Shown here: piece by piece, positions 51,108-59,390 of the stretch
How positions within the stretch are numbered: the first letter of the stretch is position 1
How the letters are laid out: the number at the start of each line of letters is the position of its first letter
The notes under the pieces: model-generated
The model's input: the letters and a program-made list of their open reading frames with translations, nothing else
Database searches by the model: none
Told to the model about the DNA's origin: nothing
Assembly (NCBI GenBank): GCA_030041455.1
Contig: JASHNV010000146.1
Coordinates: 10,174 to 74,173, forward strand
Origin: Spirochaetia bacterium
Lineage (GTDB): Bacteria; Spirochaetota; Spirochaetia; DAHUYW01
Direction of reading: 5' to 3'
DNA: 64,000 nucleotides
Made by a program: the position numbers and the translations under genes

Positions 51108-52163
51108 TCAGTCTCCGTCCTGCTCGTCGTCGAGGAAATCCCTGAGGTTCGTCGGAAGGTTCTCGATCTCGCTCTCCACTTTCGCGTTCTTGTCGCGGTA
51201 GAGGTCGACGTCGGCGGACTTGAAGATCTCCTGGATGTCGGTCGGGCGGCCGGAGTAGACGCCGACGCTCAGCGTATAGGCGACCTGCGGCTTCTCGGCC
51301 GCATCGGCGGGGGAGCGGAGGATGCGGTCTCTCGCCGCCTCGGCCTGCTCGCGGCCGGTGTCGGGCATGAGGACGACGAACTCGTCGCCGCCGTAGCGGC
51401 ACACGACGTCGACCTTCCGAAGCTGCGAAACGAGGAGCTGGGCGACGTGGCGCAGGACGTTGTCGCCCGCGACGTGACCGAAGCTGTCGTTGATCTCCTT
51501 GAACTTGTCGATGTCGACCATGAGGACCGAGATCGTCGTACCGAGACGGTTGCTGCGGTCGATCTCGCGCTGCAGCTGCCTGATCATGTTGCGCCGGTTG
51601 TTGACGCCCGTGAGGGAGTCGATGAGCGCGATCCTTCGCAGCGCTTGGAAGTAGTAGGCCTTCTCGATCGCGATCGCCGTGAAATCGGCGATCGCGGTGA
51701 GAATCTTAAGCTCGACCGGGGTGAAGACGCCGCCGTTCAGCTTGTTCACGAGCTCGATCACGCCGAAGACCCGCTCCTTGGTCTTCAACGGGACGCCGAT
51801 GATGGACTCGGTCTTGAATCCGAGCTTTTCGTCCATCGTGGGATCGAAGCGGGGATCGTTCGCCACGTCCTTGATGATGATCGCTTGGCCGCTCTCCGCC
51901 ACCCATCCGGCGATGCCGCGCCCCTTCGCGATGGTCGTTCCTTGGAGGCTCGCGACGCCGCTTCCGATGACGAGCTTGAAGGTGAGCTCTCCGGTCTTCG
52001 GATTTCTCAGCAGAACCGACCAGTTGAGGGGCGCGAAAATATTGCCGATCTGCTCCATAACCACCCTCAACGTCTCGTTGAGCGTGGTTGCCGAGGTGAT
52101 CGCCTTGCCGACCTCGGCGAAGAAGGCCAACCGCACGAACTCGTCCATGCCGCTTGCGCTCAT
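51108..52163 (-). CDS. GAF domain-containing diguanylate cyclase (GGDEF)
   Basis: N-terminal GAF (about 150 aa), then GGDEF with RYGGDEF (GGDEF active-site motif) and upstream RxxD-like inhibitory-site residues. ATG 52163 or GTG 52169. Confidence 0.8.
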   Translation of the reverse strand: MSASGMDEFVRLAFFAEVGKAITSATTLNETLRVVMEQIGNIFAPLNWSVLLRNPKTGELTFKLVIGSGVASLQGTTIAKGRGIAGWVAESGQAIIIKDVANDPRFDPTMDEKLGFKTESIIGVPLKTKERVFGVIELVNKLNGGVFTPVELKILTAIADFTAIAIEKAYYFQALRRIALIDSLTGVNNRRNMIRQLQREIDRSNRLGTTISVLMVDIDKFKEINDSFGHVAGDNVLRHVAQLLVSQLRKVDVVCRYGGDEFVVLMPDTGREQAEAARDRILRSPADAAEKPQVAYTLSVGVYSGRPTDIQEIFKSADVDLYRDKNAKVESEIENLPTNLRDFLDDEQDGD

Positions 52164-52259
52164 GTTCACCCCGCAGTGTGAGGAGTCTCTCGTCCGAGCT
52201 TGATACTGTATTCGATCGGAGGGAATTGGTCACTATCGTTACGGCCGCCTCGCGCCGGT

Positions 52260-52288
52260 TTGCCCTAAAGCGGCCGACAGGGTATAAT
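52260..52288 (+). promoter_or_regulatory. Promoter with consensus -10 TATAAT 7 nt before the ATG (leaderless transcript predicted)
   Basis: TTGCCC-17-TATAAT (52283-52288). The ATG at 52296 would be at or next to the transcription start; no SD. Confidence 0.35.
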
Positions 52289-52295
52289 CGGATCC

Positions 52296-53528
52296 ATGAA
52301 CGCGCTCGAGGGACGCTGGCGGTCGTCGATTCGCGACCTCCAGGATCGGGAGGCCGAGCTCGAGCAGCAGGCGCGCGCCCTCGCAGCCGATTACGCGGGG
52401 CTCGCCGACATCGACCTCAGCCTCGATCTGATCGCCACGAAGCTTACCATTTCGATCCGTCTCGTCGATCTCGTGTCGAGAAGCCGCGATCCGGAGGCGG
52501 TCGCGGAGATGGGAAAGACGGCGAGGACCGCCGCGCTCGAGGCGGTTCACCTCCTCGAGGGGCTCGGCGCCTCCAACGTCTCCCTCGACCAAAAGGAGCT
52601 CGTGCTCGAATCCGAGGGATACGAGGAGGCGCTCCAGCTCTTTCAGCAGCTCCTTCTCCTCGGCGGAGGCTCCTTCTTCGAGTCGGAGGTCGACGACCGC
52701 AGGCAGGCGGCGAGGATCTCCGAAGTCATCGTGAGCGCGATAGCGAAGCACGTCCGTCCTGACGACGGCTATCGGCCGGTCTTCCACACCGAGCGGTTGC
52801 CGACCGCCATCCGACGGCTCGTCAACATCTTTTTCCCCGTGCTCGCCGCCGAGGGGCAGGGGGAGCCGCCCTACGGGATCGAAGAGGGCGAGCAGGTGAT
52901 CTACAGCTCCGAACGGATCAAGATGCCCCTCTCGCAGGCGATCCACTACTACGAGCAGGAGGTCCTTCCGCTCCTCGACGCCCGGCTTCGCGAGAGCCCG
53001 GGGGACCCCGCTCTTCAGCGCGAGATCGACGCGATCGAGCGAAAGCTCCGCGAGTACCGCCAGCTGCGCTTCGTGCCCCGCTCCACGCCCGTGCTCCTCA
53101 CGCAGGGCTTCTACACCGAGAGCATCTGCGAGTACACCTCGGACGGCGAGCTCCTCGTCGCCGTCGCGCTTCCGGTCCAGTACAGCTCGGGCACCAACCT
53201 CGAGCGGCTCCAGGAGCTCGTCGAGGCGGAGGTGACCCGGAAGCTCGCCGGAAAGGGGCTGTGCCCGGAGCTCGACGAGCAGTACCGGGAGCTCAAGTCG
53301 CTTCGAAGCGGCACCCGGGGAAGCTCGCGCCTTCCGAGCTTCAAGCTCGACGTGCCCTCAGGCTTCGGAGCCTTGAAGCGCAGGTTTCCGGCGATGCGCT
53401 GCATCGAGAGCAAGAGCGACTTCAAGCGCCTCATCGCCCTCGTCGAGGGCGGAAAGCGCGGGGACGCCCTCACCTTCCTCAATCGCTCCCTCTCGGCGGG
53501 GGCGGCGAGCCCGAAGGAGCTCCGCTAG
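52296..53528 (+). CDS. Hypothetical protein (410 aa)
   Basis: Long ORF with balanced composition. Coiled-coil-like N-terminus. I recognise no domain. Confidence 0.5.
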   Translation: MNALEGRWRSSIRDLQDREAELEQQARALAADYAGLADIDLSLDLIATKLTISIRLVDLVSRSRDPEAVAEMGKTARTAALEAVHLLEGLGASNVSLDQKELVLESEGYEEALQLFQQLLLLGGGSFFESEVDDRRQAARISEVIVSAIAKHVRPDDGYRPVFHTERLPTAIRRLVNIFFPVLAAEGQGEPPYGIEEGEQVIYSSERIKMPLSQAIHYYEQEVLPLLDARLRESPGDPALQREIDAIERKLREYRQLRFVPRSTPVLLTQGFYTESICEYTSDGELLVAVALPVQYSSGTNLERLQELVEAEVTRKLAGKGLCPELDEQYRELKSLRSGTRGSSRLPSFKLDVPSGFGALKRRFPAMRCIESKSDFKRLIALVEGGKRGDALTFLNRSLSAGAASPKELR

Positions 53529-53573
53529 GCGCCTGCCGTCGACGGTTTTTCAACGCTCAGGCGGAACGGCCGT

Positions 53574-54653
53574 CTACCACTTCGATCCGCGGAGGTCCCG
53601 CCAGGGCCCTCCGTCGGCGAAGCGCTCGGGATCGAGCACCTTCGCCCTCGGGTCCTCCGCCTGGTCGAGCTGGAGCACCATCCACTTGGGGTAGGGCGTT
53701 CCGGGATCGGTCGCCTGATCGAGCTGTTTGAGGTCCCTCTCGCTCAGCGCGAGGTCGATCGATTGAATGTTCTCCGCAAGCCGTTCGTTGGTGCGCGAGG
53801 CGATGATGACGCTGCTCACCGCCGGTCTCGAGAGCACCCAGGCGAGGGAGACTTGCGCCGGCGTCGCGCCGTGGCGCTGCGCGATCTTCTTGACGGTGTC
53901 GACGATCTTGGCGCTTCGATCCTTGTCGAATGGGACGAAGCGCCCGGCCTCGGCGAAGCGGGTCCCGGCGGGAGGAGGCGCCTTGCGGTCGTACTTTCCC
54001 GTGAGGAGACCCCCCGCGAGGGGGCTCCAGACGAGGATGCCGAGGCCGTGGTACTCGGCGAGGGAGAGCCACTCGTGCTCCACGCCGCGGCCGACGAGGC
54101 TGTAGTAGAGCTGCGCGGTCGCGTACTTCTCGAGATGCTCCCGCTCCTGGACCCCGAGCGCGGTCGCCGCCTGCCACGCAAGGTAGTTCGAGAGGCCGAT
54201 GTAACGGACCTTGCCCGATCGCACGAGGTCGTCGAGCGTCCGTAAGGTCTCCTCGAGCGGCGTGACGCTGTCCCACCCGTGGATCTGGTAGAGGTCGATG
54301 TAATCGGTCTGCAGCCTCCGCAAGCTCGCCTCCGCCTCGCGCATGATGTTGACCCGGCTTGCCCCGGAGTGATTGAAGTTCGAGTCGCTCATCGGCAGGC
54401 GCGCCTTCGTCGCGATTACGACCTCCTCGCGCATGCCCTTCAGGGCGCTTCCGACGAGCGACTCGCTCTCGCCGCGGCTGTAGACGTCCGCGGTGTCGAT
54501 GAAGTTGATGCCCCGGTCGAGGGCGAAGCGGACCATCGAGTCGGTCTCCTTCTGCCCTAGCCCGCCCATGTTCATGAGCTTGCCGAATTGCATGGTGCCG
54601 AGCGACAGCGCGCTCACGATGAGTCCCGAGTTCCCGAGCTTTCGATATTTCAT
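53574..54653 (-). CDS. Aldo/keto reductase
   Basis: MKYRKLGNSGLIVSALSLGTMQFG..., IDTADVY..GESE, IGLSN: classic AKR signatures. GAGGGGG SD. Confidence 0.85.
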   Translation of the reverse strand: MKYRKLGNSGLIVSALSLGTMQFGKLMNMGGLGQKETDSMVRFALDRGINFIDTADVYSRGESESLVGSALKGMREEVVIATKARLPMSDSNFNHSGASRVNIMREAEASLRRLQTDYIDLYQIHGWDSVTPLEETLRTLDDLVRSGKVRYIGLSNYLAWQAATALGVQEREHLEKYATAQLYYSLVGRGVEHEWLSLAEYHGLGILVWSPLAGGLLTGKYDRKAPPPAGTRFAEAGRFVPFDKDRSAKIVDTVKKIAQRHGATPAQVSLAWVLSRPAVSSVIIASRTNERLAENIQSIDLALSERDLKQLDQATDPGTPYPKWMVLQLDQAEDPRAKVLDPERFADGGPWRDLRGSKW

Positions 54654-54774
54654 GATTTTCCCCCTCGCGTCATCCGCAAAATACTACTGAAGCGCCGTGG
54701 GGAGGTCAAGAAAACGGGCCCGGGCGTCCCAGGCAACCGTGTTCAAACCGGCGGGGATCAACTATACTCAAGCC

Positions 54775-55404
54775 ATGCGGGTCTGCATCATTGTGGCCCA
54801 TCCCGACGACGAAGTCCTCTGGGCCGGCGGCGCGCTGCTCCTCCATCGAGAATGGGTTTGCGCGATCGCGACCCTCTGCCGGTCGAGTGACGCGGATCGC
54901 GCGCCGCGCTTCCGCCTCGCCGCGCAGGTCCTCGGCGCCGAGAGCGCCACCATGGCCGACCTCGACGACGGCCCCGAGCAGCGGCCCCTCGATCCCGGCG
55001 AGGTCGAGGAGGCGATCGCCTCCCTTGCAGGCGCCCGCTCCTACGACCTCCTCATCACCCACAGCCCGCGGGGCGAATACACCCGCCACCGGCGCCACGA
55101 GGAGACCGCCCGCGCCGTGCTCTCGCTCGCGCGGCGCGGCTCGCTCAAGGCGGCCGAGCTCTGGCTCTTCGCCTACGACGACGCGGGGCGCTCGCGCCTT
55201 CCCGAGGCGATTCCCGAAGCGCCGGTCCGCTTCGACCTTCCCGACGAGGTCTGGCGGCGAAAGCGCGCGATCGTGACCGACGTGTACGGCTTCGCCGCGG
55301 AGAGCTGGGAGGCGCGCGCCGCTCCGAGGAGCGAGGCCTTCTGGCGCTTCGCCGACCCCCGCGAGGCCGAGCGCGCGCTCGTCGGCGACGAGGAAAGCGC
55401 GTGA
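54775..55404 (+). CDS. PIG-L/LmbE-family N-acetylglucosaminyl deacetylase
   Basis: MRVCIIVAHPDDEVLWAGG (AHPDDE metal-binding motif), HxxH downstream. ATG 54775; weak SD. Confidence 0.7.
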   Translation: MRVCIIVAHPDDEVLWAGGALLLHREWVCAIATLCRSSDADRAPRFRLAAQVLGAESATMADLDDGPEQRPLDPGEVEEAIASLAGARSYDLLITHSPRGEYTRHRRHEETARAVLSLARRGSLKAAELWLFAYDDAGRSRLPEAIPEAPVRFDLPDEVWRRKRAIVTDVYGFAAESWEARAAPRSEAFWRFADPREAERALVGDEESA

Positions 55405-56543
55405 AGGTGCTCCTGCTCTTCGACTATCCCGCCCCCCCGGGAGGCCTCGCGACCCAGGGCGACCTCCTTTTTCGGGGCTTGCAGGAGCTCGGGGTCGACG
55501 TCCAGGCCGCGCATCTAGAGTCCGCGCGGGAAAAGGACTGGTACTACCGATGGTACCGGCCCGACGTCACGATCGGGATCGGCTATTGGGGACACGCGCC
55601 TCACATCGTGCTCGACCCGCAGGCGCACGGAATGCTTGCGGTTCCCTGGCTCGTCGCCGACGGCTACGTCGCGAACTACCGCGACGCGCTGAACGACCTT
55701 CCGCTGATCCTCGTGACCTCGAGCTGGGTGAAGGAAGTCTACATCAGGGACGGCATCAGGAGCGACAACATCGTCGTGCTTCCGGTCGGCTGCGACACCG
55801 GCTCCTTCCTGCCGCGCGACCGGGGCGAGGCGAAGGTGCGCGCGGCGCGCGAGGCGTTCGGCGTGAAGCCCGAGGAGCTCCTCATCCTCACGGTCGGCGG
55901 CGACGGCGCCTCGAAGGGGTCTCGCGAGGTCATGGAGGCGCTCGCGATGATCGATTCCGAGGTTCCCCCGTGGCGCTATCTGTGCAAGGTCTGGCCGCAG
56001 CCGCGCACCTTCGCGCAGAACGCGCTCGACCGGGAGCTCGCCGCGAAGCTCGGCATCGGCGGCAAGGTGGTCTACGCGACCACCATCGTGTCGCGAAACC
56101 TCATGCCCTACCTTTTCGCGGCGAGCGACATCTACGCGGCGCCTTCGCGCCTCGAGGGGTTCGGCATGCCGCAGGTCGAGGCCGGAGCCTGCGGGAAGCC
56201 CGTCCTCGCCATCAACGCGATGTCGATGGTCGACACCCTCGTGCACGGCGAAACCGCCTACCTCGCGGAAGTCGCCGTCGAGAACCGGATCAGCGAGACG
56301 ATCTTGGGCGTCGAGGAGGGCTTCGAGCCCGGTCACCGAGTCGCCTTCGATCCGCCCCGGATCGCCGACTATCGGGCGAGCGTTCCGGATCTCGCGAAAT
56401 GGCTCCGCGCCTTGATGACCGATCCCGCGCTGCGAAGCCGGATGGGCGAGGCCGGCCGGCTTCGGGTGGCGCGGCTCTTCGACTACCGGGCGGTCGCGCG
56501 AAGGCTGCTCGAGATTCTCGCGATCAGGCTCGGGCTGCAGTGA
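55401..56543 (+). CDS. Glycosyltransferase family 4 (GT-B, retaining)
   Basis: C-terminal GT1/GT4 core (...EGFGMPQVEAGACGKPVLA...). The GTG overlaps the deacetylase TGA (GTGA). Confidence 0.75.
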   Translation: MKVLLLFDYPAPPGGLATQGDLLFRGLQELGVDVQAAHLESAREKDWYYRWYRPDVTIGIGYWGHAPHIVLDPQAHGMLAVPWLVADGYVANYRDALNDLPLILVTSSWVKEVYIRDGIRSDNIVVLPVGCDTGSFLPRDRGEAKVRAAREAFGVKPEELLILTVGGDGASKGSREVMEALAMIDSEVPPWRYLCKVWPQPRTFAQNALDRELAAKLGIGGKVVYATTIVSRNLMPYLFAASDIYAAPSRLEGFGMPQVEAGACGKPVLAINAMSMVDTLVHGETAYLAEVAVENRISETILGVEEGFEPGHRVAFDPPRIADYRASVPDLAKWLRALMTDPALRSRMGEAGRLRVARLFDYRAVARRLLEILAIRLGLQ

Positions 56544-56574
56544 CGCCCTCTTCGAGGCACCCGGAGGCCGGACG

Positions 56575-57753
56575 GTGAACCGGAAGGAGCGCGCGCTCGT
56601 CGGCGAGACGAAGGAGGCGGCTCTCCGCGTTCTCCTGCACAACGCCCGGGGTCCCCGCCACGGGCTTCCGCGCGCCGCGGGCTGGGGCTATCCCGAGCCC
56701 TACACGCGGGATCTCATGATCGGCGCGCTCGGCATCCTCGCAAGCGGGAACGCGGAGCTCACGGCCTCCCTTCGCGCGGTGCTCCTCGCCGCCGCGGGGA
56801 GCCAGACGGAGCGAGGGCACATCCCGTCGCTCGTCGACGACCCCCTCGACCGCGGCGCGAGCGACACCACGCCGCTCTTTCTTCTCGCCGTGGCGCTCTT
56901 CCGCCGAGCGACCGGCGAGGCGCGCTTCCTCGAGCCGGCGGTGAGGAAGGCGATGACGTGGATGAGTTACCAGAGTCCGGGCGACCGCTCGCTCGTCGCC
57001 CAGCTTCCGACGAGCGACTGGCGCGATGAGCAGTGGGCGCTCGGCTACGGTCTGTACGTGAACGCGGTGGTCTATTCCTACCTGCGGCTCTTCGGAAGCC
57101 GGGAGCGCGCCGAGGCGCTCTCGCGCGAGGTCGCCATGAAGGTCGTCGAGGGGGAAGCGCAGCGGCGCCACGTTCCCGAGGGCCTCGCCCTTTCGGGAAG
57201 GCCCTACTTCGCGTTCTGGTCCTACAAGGTCTACTCGAGCGACCGCTTCGATCTCCTCGGAAACTGTCTCGCGGCGCTCTCAGGCCTCGCCCCGCCCCGG
57301 CGCGCCCGCGCGCTCATCCGCTGGGTCGAGCGCGAGTGCGACGCGCTCAGAGCGCGGCGCGAGCTCTCAGGCGAGCTCCCGCCGTGCTTCTTCCCCTACA
57401 TCCGTCCCGGCGAGAGCGACTGGCGGCCGCGCTACCGGAGGTACAACCGACCCGGCGAGTACCACAACGGCGGAGTTTGGCCCTTCGTCTGCGGATTCTA
57501 CGTCGCGGCGGCGGTCGCCGCGGGAGCTCACCGGCTCGCCGAGCGGAAGCTTCTCGCCCTCGGCGAGCTCAACCGCCTGTGCGCCGATCCCGGGCGGATC
57601 GCGCGCTTCGACGCGGCCGGCTACGGGTTCAACGAGTGGATCAAGGCGCAGGACGGAAGGCCGCGAGGCCAGGACTGGCAGAGCTGGTCGGCCGCCATGT
57701 ACCTCTACGCCGCCGCGTGCGTGGAGCGGGGCAGGGCGCTTTTCTTCGATTGA
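56575..57753 (+). CDS. (alpha/alpha)6-barrel glycoside hydrolase (GH100 neutral invertase / GH63 / glycogen-debranching-like)
   Basis: EYHNGGVWPFV motif typical of GH100/GH63/GDE-C catalytic domains. GTG 56575 after GGAGG. Confidence 0.55.
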   Translation: MNRKERALVGETKEAALRVLLHNARGPRHGLPRAAGWGYPEPYTRDLMIGALGILASGNAELTASLRAVLLAAAGSQTERGHIPSLVDDPLDRGASDTTPLFLLAVALFRRATGEARFLEPAVRKAMTWMSYQSPGDRSLVAQLPTSDWRDEQWALGYGLYVNAVVYSYLRLFGSRERAEALSREVAMKVVEGEAQRRHVPEGLALSGRPYFAFWSYKVYSSDRFDLLGNCLAALSGLAPPRRARALIRWVERECDALRARRELSGELPPCFFPYIRPGESDWRPRYRRYNRPGEYHNGGVWPFVCGFYVAAAVAAGAHRLAERKLLALGELNRLCADPGRIARFDAAGYGFNEWIKAQDGRPRGQDWQSWSAAMYLYAAACVERGRALFFD

Positions 57754-57766
57754 TCCCCGCGGGGAG

Positions 57767-59233
57767 CTAACGCTTGAGCAGCTCGCCGAGAAGTTCGTCG
57801 AGCGGGACGGTCGCGAAGGTCGTCGCCGAGTCCGAGACCCCGTAGGGAATGATGAGCTCGCCGTTGTGGACCATCGAGCCGCACGAATAGACCACGTTCG
57901 GAACGTAGCCTTCGCGCTCGGTTTCGCTCGGCATGAGGAGCGGCTCCCGCAGGCGTCCGATCACCTTCGAGGGGTCGTCGAGGTCGAGCAGCGACGCGCC
58001 GAGGCAGTACTGCCGCATCGGGCCGACTCCGTGGAGGACCACGAGCCACCCCGCGCTCGTCTCGATGGGCGAGCCGCAGTTTCCGATCTGGACGAACTCC
58101 CAAGGAAACTCAGGCCCCTGAAGCAGGCGCGCGTCGTTCCAGATGTGGATCGAGTCGGAGAAGCTGATGTAGGCGTTCTCGCCGTCGAGGCGCGAGATCA
58201 TCGCGTAGCGGCCGTTGAGCTTGCGGGGAAAGAGCGCCATGCCCTTGTTCTGCGCCTTGTCGCCGTTCAGGGGCATCACCTTGAAGTGGTAGAAGTCCTT
58301 GGTCTCCAGGAGCTTGGGCAGGATCGTGTGGCCGTCGTAGGCCGTGTAGGTCGCGTAGTAGACGGGCTCGTCCTTGCCGTTGACGAACCGGCAGAAGCGG
58401 GCGTCCTCGATGCCGTTGCTCTCGGCGTAGGAGATCGGGAAGATGACCCTCTCGGAGATCGCGGTATCGAGCGAGAAGGTCATCTCGTAATGGGAGCTCG
58501 CCACCCAGTTGATCGTTCTGATCCTCTCCCGGGTCGCGTCGGAGAGATCGGACTCCCGCGACGCCTCGCCGATCGCGGCCTGCAGCTCTCCGTAAATGAA
58601 GCTGTCGCCGAGCCGGTCCATCACGAGCTCGATGACGTCGGCCGGCACCTGAATCTCCCGGCACTTCTGGATGAAGCGCTTCTTGTCGTAGACGTAGCGC
58701 TTCACCATCTCAGGCACGTCGACGAGCGCGCCGGCCGGCTCGAAGGACAGGTCGTTGTTGGCGTCGATGATGCCGCTTCGAAAGACGATCGACGAAACGT
58801 GCCCTTCGCCGGTGGCGCGGAAGCTTACGATGATCCGTTTCTGTCCCTTCAGAAGGCTCCCCTGATAGGGGTCTTCGACCATCGACGGATTGAAGAAGGC
58901 CGCCGACTCGATCGAGTACTCGCTCGTGAAGTACGATCCGATGAGCAGCTTGCGCTCGTGGCCGATTTTCGCGGTGTCGATCCCCTGGGAGGCGAGCTGC
59001 TCCGCGATGTTCGCGTAGTGGCTCTCGAAGGTCTTCGAGATGTTGCGGTGGCGCTTGGAGAAGTCGCGCAGCGCCGGATAGATCAGCTCTTTCACGGCGC
59101 CGTCGTCGAGGGCGAGCACGCGCCGTGCGACCGCCGCGACGCGATCGGGCCCGCCGGGAATGAACGGCCGGGCGATTACCCGCTTGGAATCGGGATGGAA
59201 AAACGCCGGCTTGCGCTTGACGTTGATGGCCAT
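57767..59233 (-). CDS. GH130-like (DUF377) beta-propeller glycoside phosphorylase/hydrolase with N-terminal extension
   Basis: C-terminal ...VYSCGSMVHNGELIIPYGVSDSATTFATV resembles the terminal blade of GH130 phosphorylases. 488 aa. Confidence 0.5.
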   Translation of the reverse strand: MAINVKRKPAFFHPDSKRVIARPFIPGGPDRVAAVARRVLALDDGAVKELIYPALRDFSKRHRNISKTFESHYANIAEQLASQGIDTAKIGHERKLLIGSYFTSEYSIESAAFFNPSMVEDPYQGSLLKGQKRIIVSFRATGEGHVSSIVFRSGIIDANNDLSFEPAGALVDVPEMVKRYVYDKKRFIQKCREIQVPADVIELVMDRLGDSFIYGELQAAIGEASRESDLSDATRERIRTINWVASSHYEMTFSLDTAISERVIFPISYAESNGIEDARFCRFVNGKDEPVYYATYTAYDGHTILPKLLETKDFYHFKVMPLNGDKAQNKGMALFPRKLNGRYAMISRLDGENAYISFSDSIHIWNDARLLQGPEFPWEFVQIGNCGSPIETSAGWLVVLHGVGPMRQYCLGASLLDLDDPSKVIGRLREPLLMPSETEREGYVPNVVYSCGSMVHNGELIIPYGVSDSATTFATVPLDELLGELLKR

Positions 59234-59344
59234 GGCACGCCCCCACGTTCGCGAACGAGCTTCTTTTCTCCCATGATAGCCGCTTGCGTCCGGTTTGGGA
59301 AGCGAAAAGCCGCGAAAACCTCATGGGGCCCCGGGCAAGCGCGC

Positions 59345-59373
59345 TTGCATTCCCGCCGGGGGTGGAATATCCT
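59345..59373 (+). promoter_or_regulatory. Possible promoter TTGCAT-17-TATCCT in the divergent region
   Basis: Weak -10. Located in the 145-bp divergent gap. Confidence 0.15.
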
Positions 59374-59390
59374 AGCTCGTGAGGGGCCTC

